From an uncultured Candidatus Saccharibacteria bacterium (GTDB taxonomy: Bacteria; Patescibacteriota; SICC01; CAYSOT01), in NCBI GenBank assembly GCA_964432765.1, contig CAYSOT010000002.1:38220-102219 (forward strand): DNA of 64,000 nucleotides. The letters are read 5' to 3'. The notes under the pieces are model-generated. The model had not been told where the DNA came from, did no database searches, and worked only from the letters and a program-made list of their open reading frames with translations. The first letter of the stretch is position 1. Each line of letters starts with the position of its first letter. Below are positions 56,778 through 64,000 of the stretch, in pieces. The translations under genes were made by a program, and so were the position numbers.

Positions 56778-57766
56778 CGCGAGACCAGACGTGCTTTTGC
56801 GCCCTCGACCCATTTTGGATTGTCGCGGTACCACTGGACAGTTTTAGTAAGGGCGTCCTCGAAGTTGTTTGCCGCCCTCCAGCCAAGCTCTGTTTCAATT
56901 TTTGAGGGATCAATGGCATAGCGGAAATCGTGCCCGGGGCGATCCTCCACAAAAGTGATTAGTGACTCAGGTTTACCCAGCGCAGCCAGAATTGCCTTGG
57001 CAACCTGAAGGTTTGTTCTTTCGCTTCTACCGCCGACGTTATAGACCGCTCCAGGCTCTGCTTTGGTCAACACGGTGTGAATAGCGCTGCAGTGGTCTTC
57101 GACGTAGAGCCAGTCGCGAACATTTTGACCGTCACCATAAAGCGGCAGTGGTTGCTCCTCAAGAGCTGCGCCTATCAGAACCGGAATAAGGTTATCCATT
57201 CTTGGAAATGGGCCGAAGTTATTGGAACAGCGCGTAACGGTTACGGGAAAATCATACGTGCGGTGGTAGGCTCGACAAAGCAGGTCGCCGCCCGCCTTGC
57301 TTGCGGAGTAGGGGCTGTTTGGAGCAAGCGGTGTTTCCTCGGTAAAGAATCCTTCCTTACCGAGATGACCGTAGACCTCGTCTGTCGAGACGTAATGAAA
57401 TCTCGAGATTTCAAATTCACGAGCGGCGTCGAGCAAAACCTGCGTACCAAGAACGTTCGTAGTGGTAAAAACTTCTGGCCCTGTAATTGATTTGTCGACT
57501 TGTGCCTCGGCCGCAAAATGTACGATCGTATCGACACCCTGAACGGCCCTTCTGACCACTTCTTGGTCGCGGATATCGCCCTCAATAAATTCATAGTTTG
57601 GCTTATTTGAAACTGCGCTCACATTGTCTGGGTTCCCAGAATACGTGAGGGCATCCAAATTCCGAACGGACAACTCAGGGTAGCGCTCGAGCAACATCCG
57701 CACATAGCAGGAACCAATAAAACCACACCCCCCGGTTACTAAAACCTTCTGTGGCGTATGTGGCAT
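56774..57766 (-). CDS. rfbB: dTDP-glucose 4,6-dehydratase.
   Basis: KVLVTGGCGFIGS, the YSASKAG catalytic YxxxK, and a RmlB-like C-terminus. The ORF track adds a 100-aa N-terminal extension with no similarity. The start at MPHTPQKVLVTGG is preferred. Confidence 0.9.
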   Translation of the reverse strand: MPHTPQKVLVTGGCGFIGSCYVRMLLERYPELSVRNLDALTYSGNPDNVSAVSNKPNYEFIEGDIRDQEVVRRAVQGVDTIVHFAAEAQVDKSITGPEVFTTTNVLGTQVLLDAAREFEISRFHYVSTDEVYGHLGKEGFFTEETPLAPNSPYSASKAGGDLLCRAYHRTYDFPVTVTRCSNNFGPFPRMDNLIPVLIGAALEEQPLPLYGDGQNVRDWLYVEDHCSAIHTVLTKAEPGAVYNVGGRSERTNLQVAKAILAALGKPESLITFVEDRPGHDFRYAIDPSKIETELGWRAANNFEDALTKTVQWYRDNPKWVEGAKARLVSR

Positions 57767-57767
57767 T

Positions 57768-58502
57768 TTAAAGTTTTCCTTGCCTGACCAAATCAGCGAC
57801 CTGGTTGTTCGCCGCAAGAAGCTCATCAAATGAGGAGCCCGCGTCAATCCAGTAACCATCAAGGCGCTCACATTCCATGGTGCCTTCGCGAACATAGACG
57901 TTATTGAGATCTGTGATTTCGAGCTCTCCTCTGCCAGATGGCTTTTGGTCCTTGACGATGTCAAAGACGCGCTCGTCGTACATGTAAATTCCAGTTTGGG
58001 CGAGATTAGACTTTGGAACCTTTGGTTTTTCCTCAATTCCAACGACCCTCTCACCATCAAGCTCAATTACTCCGTAGTGTTCGGTATGTTCCACTTCCGT
58101 AGCAAAAATCATGGCGCCCTTTTCTCGCGCTCTAAAGCGCTCCACGGCCGGTGCTAAATTGTGTGTGAAGATGTTATCGCCAAGAATCATCAACAGCTTG
58201 TCGCCGCGCGCGAACGGCTCAATCAGCTGGATGGGTTCCGCCAGGCCACCGGTGGGATTTTCTTGGATTTCGTAAGTAATTCGCAGCCCCCAATCTTTTC
58301 CGGTGCGTAGCAAGTTAATGAGCTGACCAACATGCTCGGGATTTGTCGTGATAACCACATCAGAAATGCCCGCCTTGGCCATTGCTTCGAGCGGGTAGTA
58401 AATCAGCGGCTTATTGTAAATCGGCAGCAGGTGCTTGTTCGTAACATGCGTCAGTGGACGCAGTCGCGTAGCTCGACCTCCTGCTAAAATCAGTCCCTTC
58501 AC
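57768..58502 (-). CDS. rfbA: Glucose-1-phosphate thymidylyltransferase.
   Basis: MKGLILAGGRATRLRPLT...NKHLLPIYNKP matches the RmlA G-G-x-G-T-R-L motif. Its length is shorter than typical RmlA. Confidence 0.9.
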   Translation of the reverse strand: MKGLILAGGRATRLRPLTHVTNKHLLPIYNKPLIYYPLEAMAKAGISDVVITTNPEHVGQLINLLRTGKDWGLRITYEIQENPTGGLAEPIQLIEPFARGDKLLMILGDNIFTHNLAPAVERFRAREKGAMIFATEVEHTEHYGVIELDGERVVGIEEKPKVPKSNLAQTGIYMYDERVFDIVKDQKPSGRGELEITDLNNVYVREGTMECERLDGYWIDAGSSFDELLAANNQVADLVRQGKL

Positions 58503-58520
58503 GTATTTTATGGTACCACG

Positions 58521-59057
58521 CTAGGGGGTGCCGTAGGCCTCTTTGAGGGTTGGGTTGCGCTGATCCTTATCAGAAACAATCCTGTCCTTTGCCTCAACGG
58601 GCCATGTGATACCGAGTGTCGGATCATCATAGGCAACAGCGGGATAGGGGTTATCTGGGTGCCAGTGCTCAGTTACGAGATACGAATACACCACTCGGTC
58701 GCTAAGAACCGCAAACGAATTGCCGAGACCCTTGGGAACAAAGAGGGCGTTTGTTGTATCAAGATTAAACGTTGCGACCTCCCTAAAAGTCTTGCTCTCT
58801 TTCCTTAGGTCAACAATTGCAGCAAATACCTTGCCCCACGCTATATGAATGTATTTATCCCAGGGCTCTGCATGGATGCCCCTAATTACACCGTACTGGG
58901 ATTCAGAAACATTCATTTGCACGATGTCGAGGGACGGTAAACCAAGGTCTTTTAGCTTGGCAGCTTGGTATGCTTCTCTAAAGCTTCCTCGCTCGTCTTC
59001 AAAAACGTCGAGCTTAATTTCTCGTAACCCCCCTAGGTTTGTCTCGACTATATCCAT
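58521..59057 (-). CDS. rfbC: dTDP-4-dehydrorhamnose 3,5-epimerase.
   Basis: 178 aa cupin. FEDERGSFRE and RGIHAEPWDKY match RmlC catalytic His/Tyr regions. Confidence 0.9.
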   Translation of the reverse strand: MDIVETNLGGLREIKLDVFEDERGSFREAYQAAKLKDLGLPSLDIVQMNVSESQYGVIRGIHAEPWDKYIHIAWGKVFAAIVDLRKESKTFREVATFNLDTTNALFVPKGLGNSFAVLSDRVVYSYLVTEHWHPDNPYPAVAYDDPTLGITWPVEAKDRIVSDKDQRNPTLKEAYGTP

Positions 59058-59959
59058 CAGTCGACTCGTTGCATCCAGAAACCCCCTGGTCGAACAGACT
59101 GGTTAAAGGAGGCGAATGCCGCGGCCACGTCTTTGGGGTGGCGAAGGGTCATGGCGCGACCACTCCAGCGCACTTCGTACGCTGAATTAAAAGCGAGGAA
59201 TGCCTGAAGAAGATACTGCTCGTTCCAGAAACGGTGCTCATCAAGTACCCACTCTTTGGGATACTCCTCGGGGAAGAAGATGTCGTGAACATGTACCCAC
59301 ACCCCCTTCTTTAGCCTGGGCAGAATTTCGAGAAACTCGTACCACACATCACTGCCAATTTTCAAAACGTGGCTCGAGTCGATAAAGAGAACATCGTTTT
59401 CTCCAAGCGCCTCAAACTGCTCGACCGGAACATTTTGAACCGGCTCTTCAATTAACTCCGCCACCTCTGGAATATCGTTTCTGAGCATTGGGGTGGGGTA
59501 GGGCTCAATTGCGGTAATCGACCCTTTGGATCCTTCGACCGTATTCTTCCGCAGTGCTTCCGCGGCTAGCAACGTGGTGTTTCCAGAACCAATCTCGATT
59601 ACCTGTCGCGGCTTAAGGTGGCGCAAAAGTGCGTACAGCACTTCTGCGTCGACAGATTCATACGATCCATTATGGAGATGGAACTGCGTTGGGTCTGAGG
59701 TCTGCTCGCGGGGTAGAGCGTCGTACTCTGTTTTAAAGTTTTGAAGGGCACCCAGAAGCCTTAACTGTTCTGATAGGCGCAGGTCTATCCCGGCAAGGGC
59801 ATCCCTTGCCTTCCAGATTGAATCGTCGAGCGTGCGTGTATCTGGGATTGGTGAATAGTAGTGGTTTGGCAAAACATGAATCCCCGCTTTCTGGAAGCCG
59901 CGGAACACCTTTTTTCCTGTTTTGCCTGAAAAGGCCTGACTGTACCATCGTTTTGCCAC
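59057..59959 (-). CDS. Putative SAM-dependent O-methyltransferase (TylF/MycF-like Methyltransf_24 fold).
   Basis: VIEIGSGNTT glycine-rich loop, acidic residue after beta2, and a length and pattern similar to sugar O-methyltransferases. Assigned on weak motif evidence. Confidence 0.5.
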   Translation of the reverse strand: MAKRWYSQAFSGKTGKKVFRGFQKAGIHVLPNHYYSPIPDTRTLDDSIWKARDALAGIDLRLSEQLRLLGALQNFKTEYDALPREQTSDPTQFHLHNGSYESVDAEVLYALLRHLKPRQVIEIGSGNTTLLAAEALRKNTVEGSKGSITAIEPYPTPMLRNDIPEVAELIEEPVQNVPVEQFEALGENDVLFIDSSHVLKIGSDVWYEFLEILPRLKKGVWVHVHDIFFPEEYPKEWVLDEHRFWNEQYLLQAFLAFNSAYEVRWSGRAMTLRHPKDVAAAFASFNQSVRPGGFWMQRVD

Positions 59960-59976
59960 GATACTAGACTAGCATG

Positions 59977-61284
59977 CTAAGCGCGATCATCAGATGCATC
60001 GAGTCTTGATAGCACTATCGCTACAAAGCCAGCGACGAGCCAGAGTCCTTGTGGCAAGCTCCATAGAAAATGGTCGGCAAACGAAAGTGCGGTAAGTGCT
60101 CCAGCCAGGATAACTAAGGAAAAATGTTGGATCCGCTCGCCTGGAGAGATAATTCGTAACGCATGAAAATCCTTTGCTGTCTTGCCAATAAAGTAGAGGA
60201 TCGCCGCAAATCCCAACCACCCGAGCTCGAGCGCGATCAAGAGAAGTGCGATGTGTGGTGGCTGATGTTGGTAATAAGGTAAGTCTGGTCGCTCATCGCT
60301 GATAGCCGGAACCGCGTTTCCAGCACCCACCCCAAGCGGGTTTTGCAATGTGCTGCTGAGGGCAAATGATATGCCGGCAGCCCTATTGTCTATGCCGGTC
60401 TCCTTGGCGCTATTAAAGTCACTTCTTTGAAGAAGCACTCCCAGCACCAATGTCGTGGTAACTGCCAGTAGGGCAAAAGTAATTATGAGCTCTTTGGGAA
60501 AAGCTAGGCGGAGCTTAAGCGCGTAGACCCCGAGAGCGGCTAGGCCGAGCGCGGCAACTAGAAGGGCACTCCTGGAGTACGTCAAAATTAGTCCGCTTCC
60601 AATGATTCCCAGGCTGAAGGCCAGTCCCACTCGAGCGGCACTGCTTACCTTGGGTCTTGAGAGCAGGATGGCCGTACCCAATATGAGTCCTGTAAGGAAA
60701 TAGCCAGCCAAGATGTTTGGATGGGGGAGGCTCCCATATGCACGCAAGACTACGTCGGCCCCTCCGGCTACCTTGGCAACGCCGAGCATGGTTGTGCTCA
60801 GGCTGCTCTCGCCAAGAAAACGTAGACCCAGGTCGTGCCCCAAAAAGGTTTGCGCTCCACCCCAAAGCGCTTGGAGCACTATGCTTGCCAAGAAAACCAT
60901 AAAAAGCGCCCTGGCGGTTTTTCTGTCGCGAAGCTGCGCCGCAAGAGCACCGGCAAAGACGGTGGCTGCAAGAATATGAAAGGCCGCACTCAGTGCTAAT
61001 TCCGGTTCTCGGGCCCAAAGAGCGGAAAGTGCCGCTAGCGCGGCGCAGCCAAAAAGAGGGGCTAGCCGGATGACTTGATTTCTTTTGGGTCGATAGAGCC
61101 AGAGCACCCCCACCGCAAGCATTAGGAATTCCAGGGGGTAAATTGTCACGTGAAAAAATGCGTTATCGACTGGCCCGAGTTGTTGGCCACGGCTTATAAG
61201 CCAAACTGTCGAAAACGGTGCGCAGAATACGATGAGTTCGACGAGCCACTGCTGTGTTCGCCTAACTACGATTTTTGGCTTCAT
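59977..61284 (-). CDS. O-antigen ligase / Wzy_C family membrane protein, copy 3 of 3.
   Basis: Polytopic. YSRSALLVAALGLAALG loop as in copies 1 and 2. Confidence 0.7.
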   Translation of the reverse strand: MKPKIVVRRTQQWLVELIVFCAPFSTVWLISRGQQLGPVDNAFFHVTIYPLEFLMLAVGVLWLYRPKRNQVIRLAPLFGCAALAALSALWAREPELALSAAFHILAATVFAGALAAQLRDRKTARALFMVFLASIVLQALWGGAQTFLGHDLGLRFLGESSLSTTMLGVAKVAGGADVVLRAYGSLPHPNILAGYFLTGLILGTAILLSRPKVSSAARVGLAFSLGIIGSGLILTYSRSALLVAALGLAALGVYALKLRLAFPKELIITFALLAVTTTLVLGVLLQRSDFNSAKETGIDNRAAGISFALSSTLQNPLGVGAGNAVPAISDERPDLPYYQHQPPHIALLLIALELGWLGFAAILYFIGKTAKDFHALRIISPGERIQHFSLVILAGALTALSFADHFLWSLPQGLWLVAGFVAIVLSRLDASDDRA

Positions 61285-61285
61285 G

Positions 61286-61732
61286 CTAGGCCGGCTTGAT
61301 CACCACGCGGCGCGTCCGGCCTTCGCCGCGCGATTCGCTCTCAACACCGTCGATATCTGCCACCACTGTGTGAATCAGCCGTCGCTCATATGAGGTCATT
61401 GGGGGGAAGCTCGCCTGTTGGCCGGTGTCACGAACTTCTTTTGCCTTTCTCGCAGCTGTCTCTTTAAGGGAGTCGTGTTGCCTGCTTCTGTATCCGTCAA
61501 TATCAACAATTACCGGAAGCCTCTCGCCCTTTGCGAGCATTATCATTCGTACCAGGTGTTGCAGAGCATAAAGCCCTTCTCCTTTGTGGCCGATCAGTCT
61601 CGCTGGATCCTCCATGGCGACAGAGAGTTGAGGTGAAGCTTCGTTTTCAATTACAACACTTGCTTCAAACCCCATCTTGCGAATTATCTCGTCAAGAATC
61701 GTTGCTGCTTGGGTGAGGGGTGTGTCGGCCAT
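61286..61732 (-). CDS. jag: Jag/KhpB-type RNA-binding protein with KH-like and R3H domains.
   Basis: 148 aa with LIGHKGEGLYALQHLV (KH-like GxxG) and C-terminal SYERRLIHTVV (R3H). Canonical position next to yidC. Confidence 0.8.
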   Translation of the reverse strand: MADTPLTQAATILDEIIRKMGFEASVVIENEASPQLSVAMEDPARLIGHKGEGLYALQHLVRMIMLAKGERLPVIVDIDGYRSRQHDSLKETAARKAKEVRDTGQQASFPPMTSYERRLIHTVVADIDGVESESRGEGRTRRVVIKPA

Positions 61733-61733
61733 A

Positions 61734-62537
61734 TTACTTCTTTCGTTTTTTTACATTAACGGTTGTGGAGCCTTTCTTCTTTCCTGGAAGGGCGACTGGA
61801 TCCTCCGGATTCGCTTCGTTCCAATCAATCGCACCCTCCTTGGCAGCCTGCGTAAGTGGCATCTCGGCAATAATGATCCGCTGCTGAATAATCGCGAACA
61901 GAGCTTGGGTTGCCCAGTAAAGCGGCAGTGCGCCTGGAAGAGTGATTGCAAAGACAAAGGTAAGCACAGGGAAAATGTAGACAATCTGCCTGTTAACCGC
62001 CGGTGTTGAGTTGTCCTTTGGCAAAAGCATTTTTGATTGGATGAACTGAAAAACCGCTGCGAGCAGCGCCAACGCGTAAAGGCCTGGGTCTTGTGCGGCG
62101 GTCTGTGAAAGGTTAAGCCCCAAGAAGTTGGGGTTGATTGATTCTGGCCTCGCAACAAAAGAATAAAGCGAGTCGAGGTGCGTGCCCTGAATAGCGTCTC
62201 TAAAGACAAAGAAGAGCGTGGCTAAGACTGGGAGTTGGATAAGTACCGGCAGGCAGCTGCTGGCTGGATTTACACCCTCTCTTTTGTAAAAGGCCATGAG
62301 CTCTTGAGCCAGTTTTTCACGATCGTCCTTATGTTTTTCTTGCAGCTTTTTTAGCTCTGGCTGAAGTGCCTGGAGTCTTCGCTGTGACCGCAGTGCTTTA
62401 TTTGCAAACGGAAGCAGGATGATTCTAATCAGTATGGTCAGCGCAATAATCGCGAGCCCCATATTGCCAAGCACGTTATAAAACGTGATTAGCGCGTTGA
62501 AAATTGGGTCAAAAAAGAGAGTTTTAAGAATTTCCAT
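61734..62537 (-). CDS. yidC: Membrane protein insertase YidC (short Gram-positive type).
   Basis: 267 aa and five TM. Conserved LPVLIQLPVLATLFFVF and C-terminal basic tail KKRKK. Sits within the rnpA-yidD-yidC-jag synteny. Confidence 0.85.
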   Translation of the reverse strand: MEILKTLFFDPIFNALITFYNVLGNMGLAIIALTILIRIILLPFANKALRSQRRLQALQPELKKLQEKHKDDREKLAQELMAFYKREGVNPASSCLPVLIQLPVLATLFFVFRDAIQGTHLDSLYSFVARPESINPNFLGLNLSQTAAQDPGLYALALLAAVFQFIQSKMLLPKDNSTPAVNRQIVYIFPVLTFVFAITLPGALPLYWATQALFAIIQQRIIIAEMPLTQAAKEGAIDWNEANPEDPVALPGKKKGSTTVNVKKRKK

Positions 62538-62770
62538 TAGCGTACTGGGTCATATCCGCCCGCCGCCCTTGGGTGACACCGAGCTACGCGGTGTGCTGCC
62601 AGGCGAGAGCCTTTTAGCGTGCCATACTTTTGGATGGCATCTTTAGCATACTGTGAACATGTTGGATGATAACGGCAAACCCCGTGTGGAAAGGCTCCTT
62701 TAAGCGGGCCGTGATCGGGAGAGAGTGTCTTCTGATAAAGGGTTAGCAGTCCAAGGACTAAAGATTTCAT
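62537..62770 (-). CDS. yidD: Membrane protein insertion efficiency factor YidD.
   Basis: YQKTLSPDHGPLKGAFPHGVCRYHPTCSQYAKDAIQKYG is the YidD signature. The start at MKSLVLGLL (62770) forms an ATGA overlap with the rnpA stop. The 19-aa ORF-track extension is unsupported. Confidence 0.8.
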   Translation of the reverse strand: MKSLVLGLLTLYQKTLSPDHGPLKGAFPHGVCRYHPTCSQYAKDAIQKYGTLKGSRLAAHRVARCHPRAAGGYDPVR

Positions 62771-63105
62771 GCGCGTTTCTTGAGCGCCGACAGAAGGGAG
62801 TCGGTCTCCCTCTGCAGCTGTACCCATTCTACCGCGGTAGCTCCCGGCTTGGCTATCACCACCAAGTGATCACCCGACGTCAATCTATCTACTCTGGTTG
62901 ATAAAAGGGCTCGGAGTTGTCGTTTGAGCCTGTTTCGGCGCGTAGCAAGCAGACTGACTTTTTTTGAGACAACAATTCCGATACTTATCTCTGCATCCTT
63001 CTTATAAAGCCTAGCCACAAAGTGTTCGCTTGCAGCATGTTTTCCATGGCGAAAAACGTCGGCGAAGACGTTACCTTCCTTCATCCGCCATTCTGATTTG
63101 AGCAT
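62767..63105 (-). CDS. rnpA: Ribonuclease P protein component.
   Basis: 112 aa, basic. RNRLKRQLRAL, the RNR-motif region of RnpA. Its start overlaps the rpmH stop (TAATG). Confidence 0.85.
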   Translation of the reverse strand: MLKSEWRMKEGNVFADVFRHGKHAASEHFVARLYKKDAEISIGIVVSKKVSLLATRRNRLKRQLRALLSTRVDRLTSGDHLVVIAKPGATAVEWVQLQRETDSLLSALKKRA

Positions 63106-63245
63106 TACGAAGTCGCGGCAAGCTTTTCGCGACCCTTAGATCTACGACGCTTAAGCACGTCCTGACCCGACTTGGTCTCTTGCCGAGCTCGAAAACCGTG
63201 CTTCTTGGCACGGCGGCGCTTTGATGGCTGATATGTTCGCTTCAT
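63105..63245 (-). CDS. rpmH: 50S ribosomal protein L34.
   Basis: Hand translation gives [46 protein letters not shown], the canonical L34 sequence. It is below the ORF-track size cut-off. Confidence 0.85.
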   Translation of the reverse strand: MKRTYQPSKRRRAKKHGFRARQETKSGQDVLKRRRSKGREKLAATS

Positions 63246-63351
63246 AACCGTCTTAGTGTAGCGAAAGAGACCCCCCACAGCAATGGTTATAGAGTGGAAA
63301 ACTTTTTCTCATTTAACTTTTAATCGCTTGGTTGAGGCAATGTTGTCAGGT

Positions 63352-63360
63352 TGTGGATAA
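63352..63360 (-). promoter_or_regulatory. Consensus DnaA box (TTATCCACA) about 50 nt upstream of dnaA.
   Basis: The plus strand reads TGTGGATAA, which is a perfect 9-mer on the minus strand. Weaker box-like sites are at ~63290 (AGTGGAAAA) and ~63385 (TGTGGAAAG). An AT-rich stretch lies at 63305-63335. Confidence 0.5.
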
Positions 63361-63409
63361 GTTTGCTATGCTTCACCTACTCTGTGGAAAGGAAAACACC
63401 AGCCGCTTT

Positions 63410-64000
63410 ATGATTCCCGAAAAAATATGGCCCGCCGTCCTTGGTGAACTAGAAGTAACGCTCTCGCGCGCAAACTTCACTACGTGGTTTAAGAATACCG
63501 ACCTTGAAGGCGTTCAAGGTGAAACCGCTCGCGTCACTGTGCCAAATGCGTTTACCAAAGAGTGGTTGCGCCGGAAGTATCTAGACGATGTTTTGGAGGC
63601 ACTGAAACGACACGTGCCCGAAGTAGCGTCGGTTGAGTTTGTAGTTGGTAGACCCACCGCTAGCGCCCAGGTTGTTGCTCCCGCCACTGATCCTTCGCCG
63701 CGACCTGCAGACCAGCCAGTACCTGGAGTCGCTCATACGCCTGGTCGAGGCAGAATGCCACAGAACACGTTTGATAACTTCGTGGTTGGTGGCTCTAATC
63801 AACTTGCCCATGCAGCCGCTAAGGCGGTTACTAACGATCCTGGCGGAACCTACAACCCGCTTTTCCTGTACGGGGGCGCTGGGCTCGGCAAGACTCATCT
63901 GATGCAGGCGATTGGTCGTGCCATCGAAGAAACAACCGACAAAAAGGTTCTCTATGTCACGACAGAAAAGTTTACAAACGAGCTAATATCAGCGATATCC
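63410..64000 (+). CDS. dnaA: Chromosomal replication initiator DnaA. This is a 5' fragment that continues past the window end.
   Basis: Hand translation gives MIPEKIWPAVLGELEVTLS... (DnaA N-terminal domain I) and later NPLFLYGGAGLGKTHLMQAIG, the AAA+ Walker A of DnaA. An alternative in-frame ATG lies at 63368. Confidence 0.85.
   Translation, partial: MIPEKIWPAVLGELEVTLSRANFTTWFKNTDLEGVQGETARVTVPNAFTKEWLRRKYLDDVLEALKRHVPEVASVEFVVGRPTASAQVVAPATDPSPRPADQPVPGVAHTPGRGRMPQNTFDNFVVGGSNQLAHAAAKAVTNDPGGTYNPLFLYGGAGLGKTHLMQAIGRAIEETTDKKVLYVTTEKFTNELISAIS

Noticed and set aside
61751-62209. A 152-aa minus-strand ORF in an alternative frame.
   Set aside because: It lies completely inside yidC, which has strong family support.

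Overview
This 64-kb window looks like a compact bacterial chromosome segment that ends at the replication origin. Coding density is very high, with many 1-8 nt start/stop overlaps. The right end carries the classic rpmH-rnpA-yidD-yidC-jag block on the minus strand facing a dnaA 5' fragment on the plus strand, with a consensus DnaA box between them. Left of this block is a roughly 17.5-kb minus-strand glycan locus (43.8-61.3 kb): the dTDP-L-rhamnose genes rfbA/rfbB/rfbC/rfbD, six GT4, two GT2 and one GT1-like glycosyltransferases, two methyltransferases and three O-antigen-ligase (Wzy_C) family membrane proteins. The left half holds housekeeping and envelope genes: fpg (5' partial), a PHP phosphoesterase, polA, murE, a FemAB-family transferase, tsaD, valS, a protein with a coiled-coil N-terminal half and a SpoIID/LytB domain, a PilB/GspE-type ATPase, a serine hydrolase and a sigma-70 factor. 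The middle (22.4-33.2 kb) is an accessory-looking stretch interleaved with five tRNA genes: three tRNA-Ser isoacceptors and a tandem tRNA-Arg pair. It encodes only hypothetical proteins, among them membrane-anchored proteins, an FHA protein, a 1112-aa orphan protein and a TfoX_C-like helix-hairpin-helix protein. Further right are a DUF2177-DUF1295-SDR operon, phosphoglucomutase plus a GH15 hydrolase, trpS, a nucleotidyltransferase-fold protein, comFC and a VanW protein. No CRISPR array, transposase or integrase was seen. The gene content (pilB, comFC, FemX, single sigma factor, jag directly next to glycan genes) suggests a reduced-genome, possibly Patescibacteria/Saccharibacteria-like organism, but that is inference only. 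Several ORF-track starts are clearly over-extended and have been trimmed. Hand-derived coordinates for tRNAs and promoters may be off by 1-2 nt.
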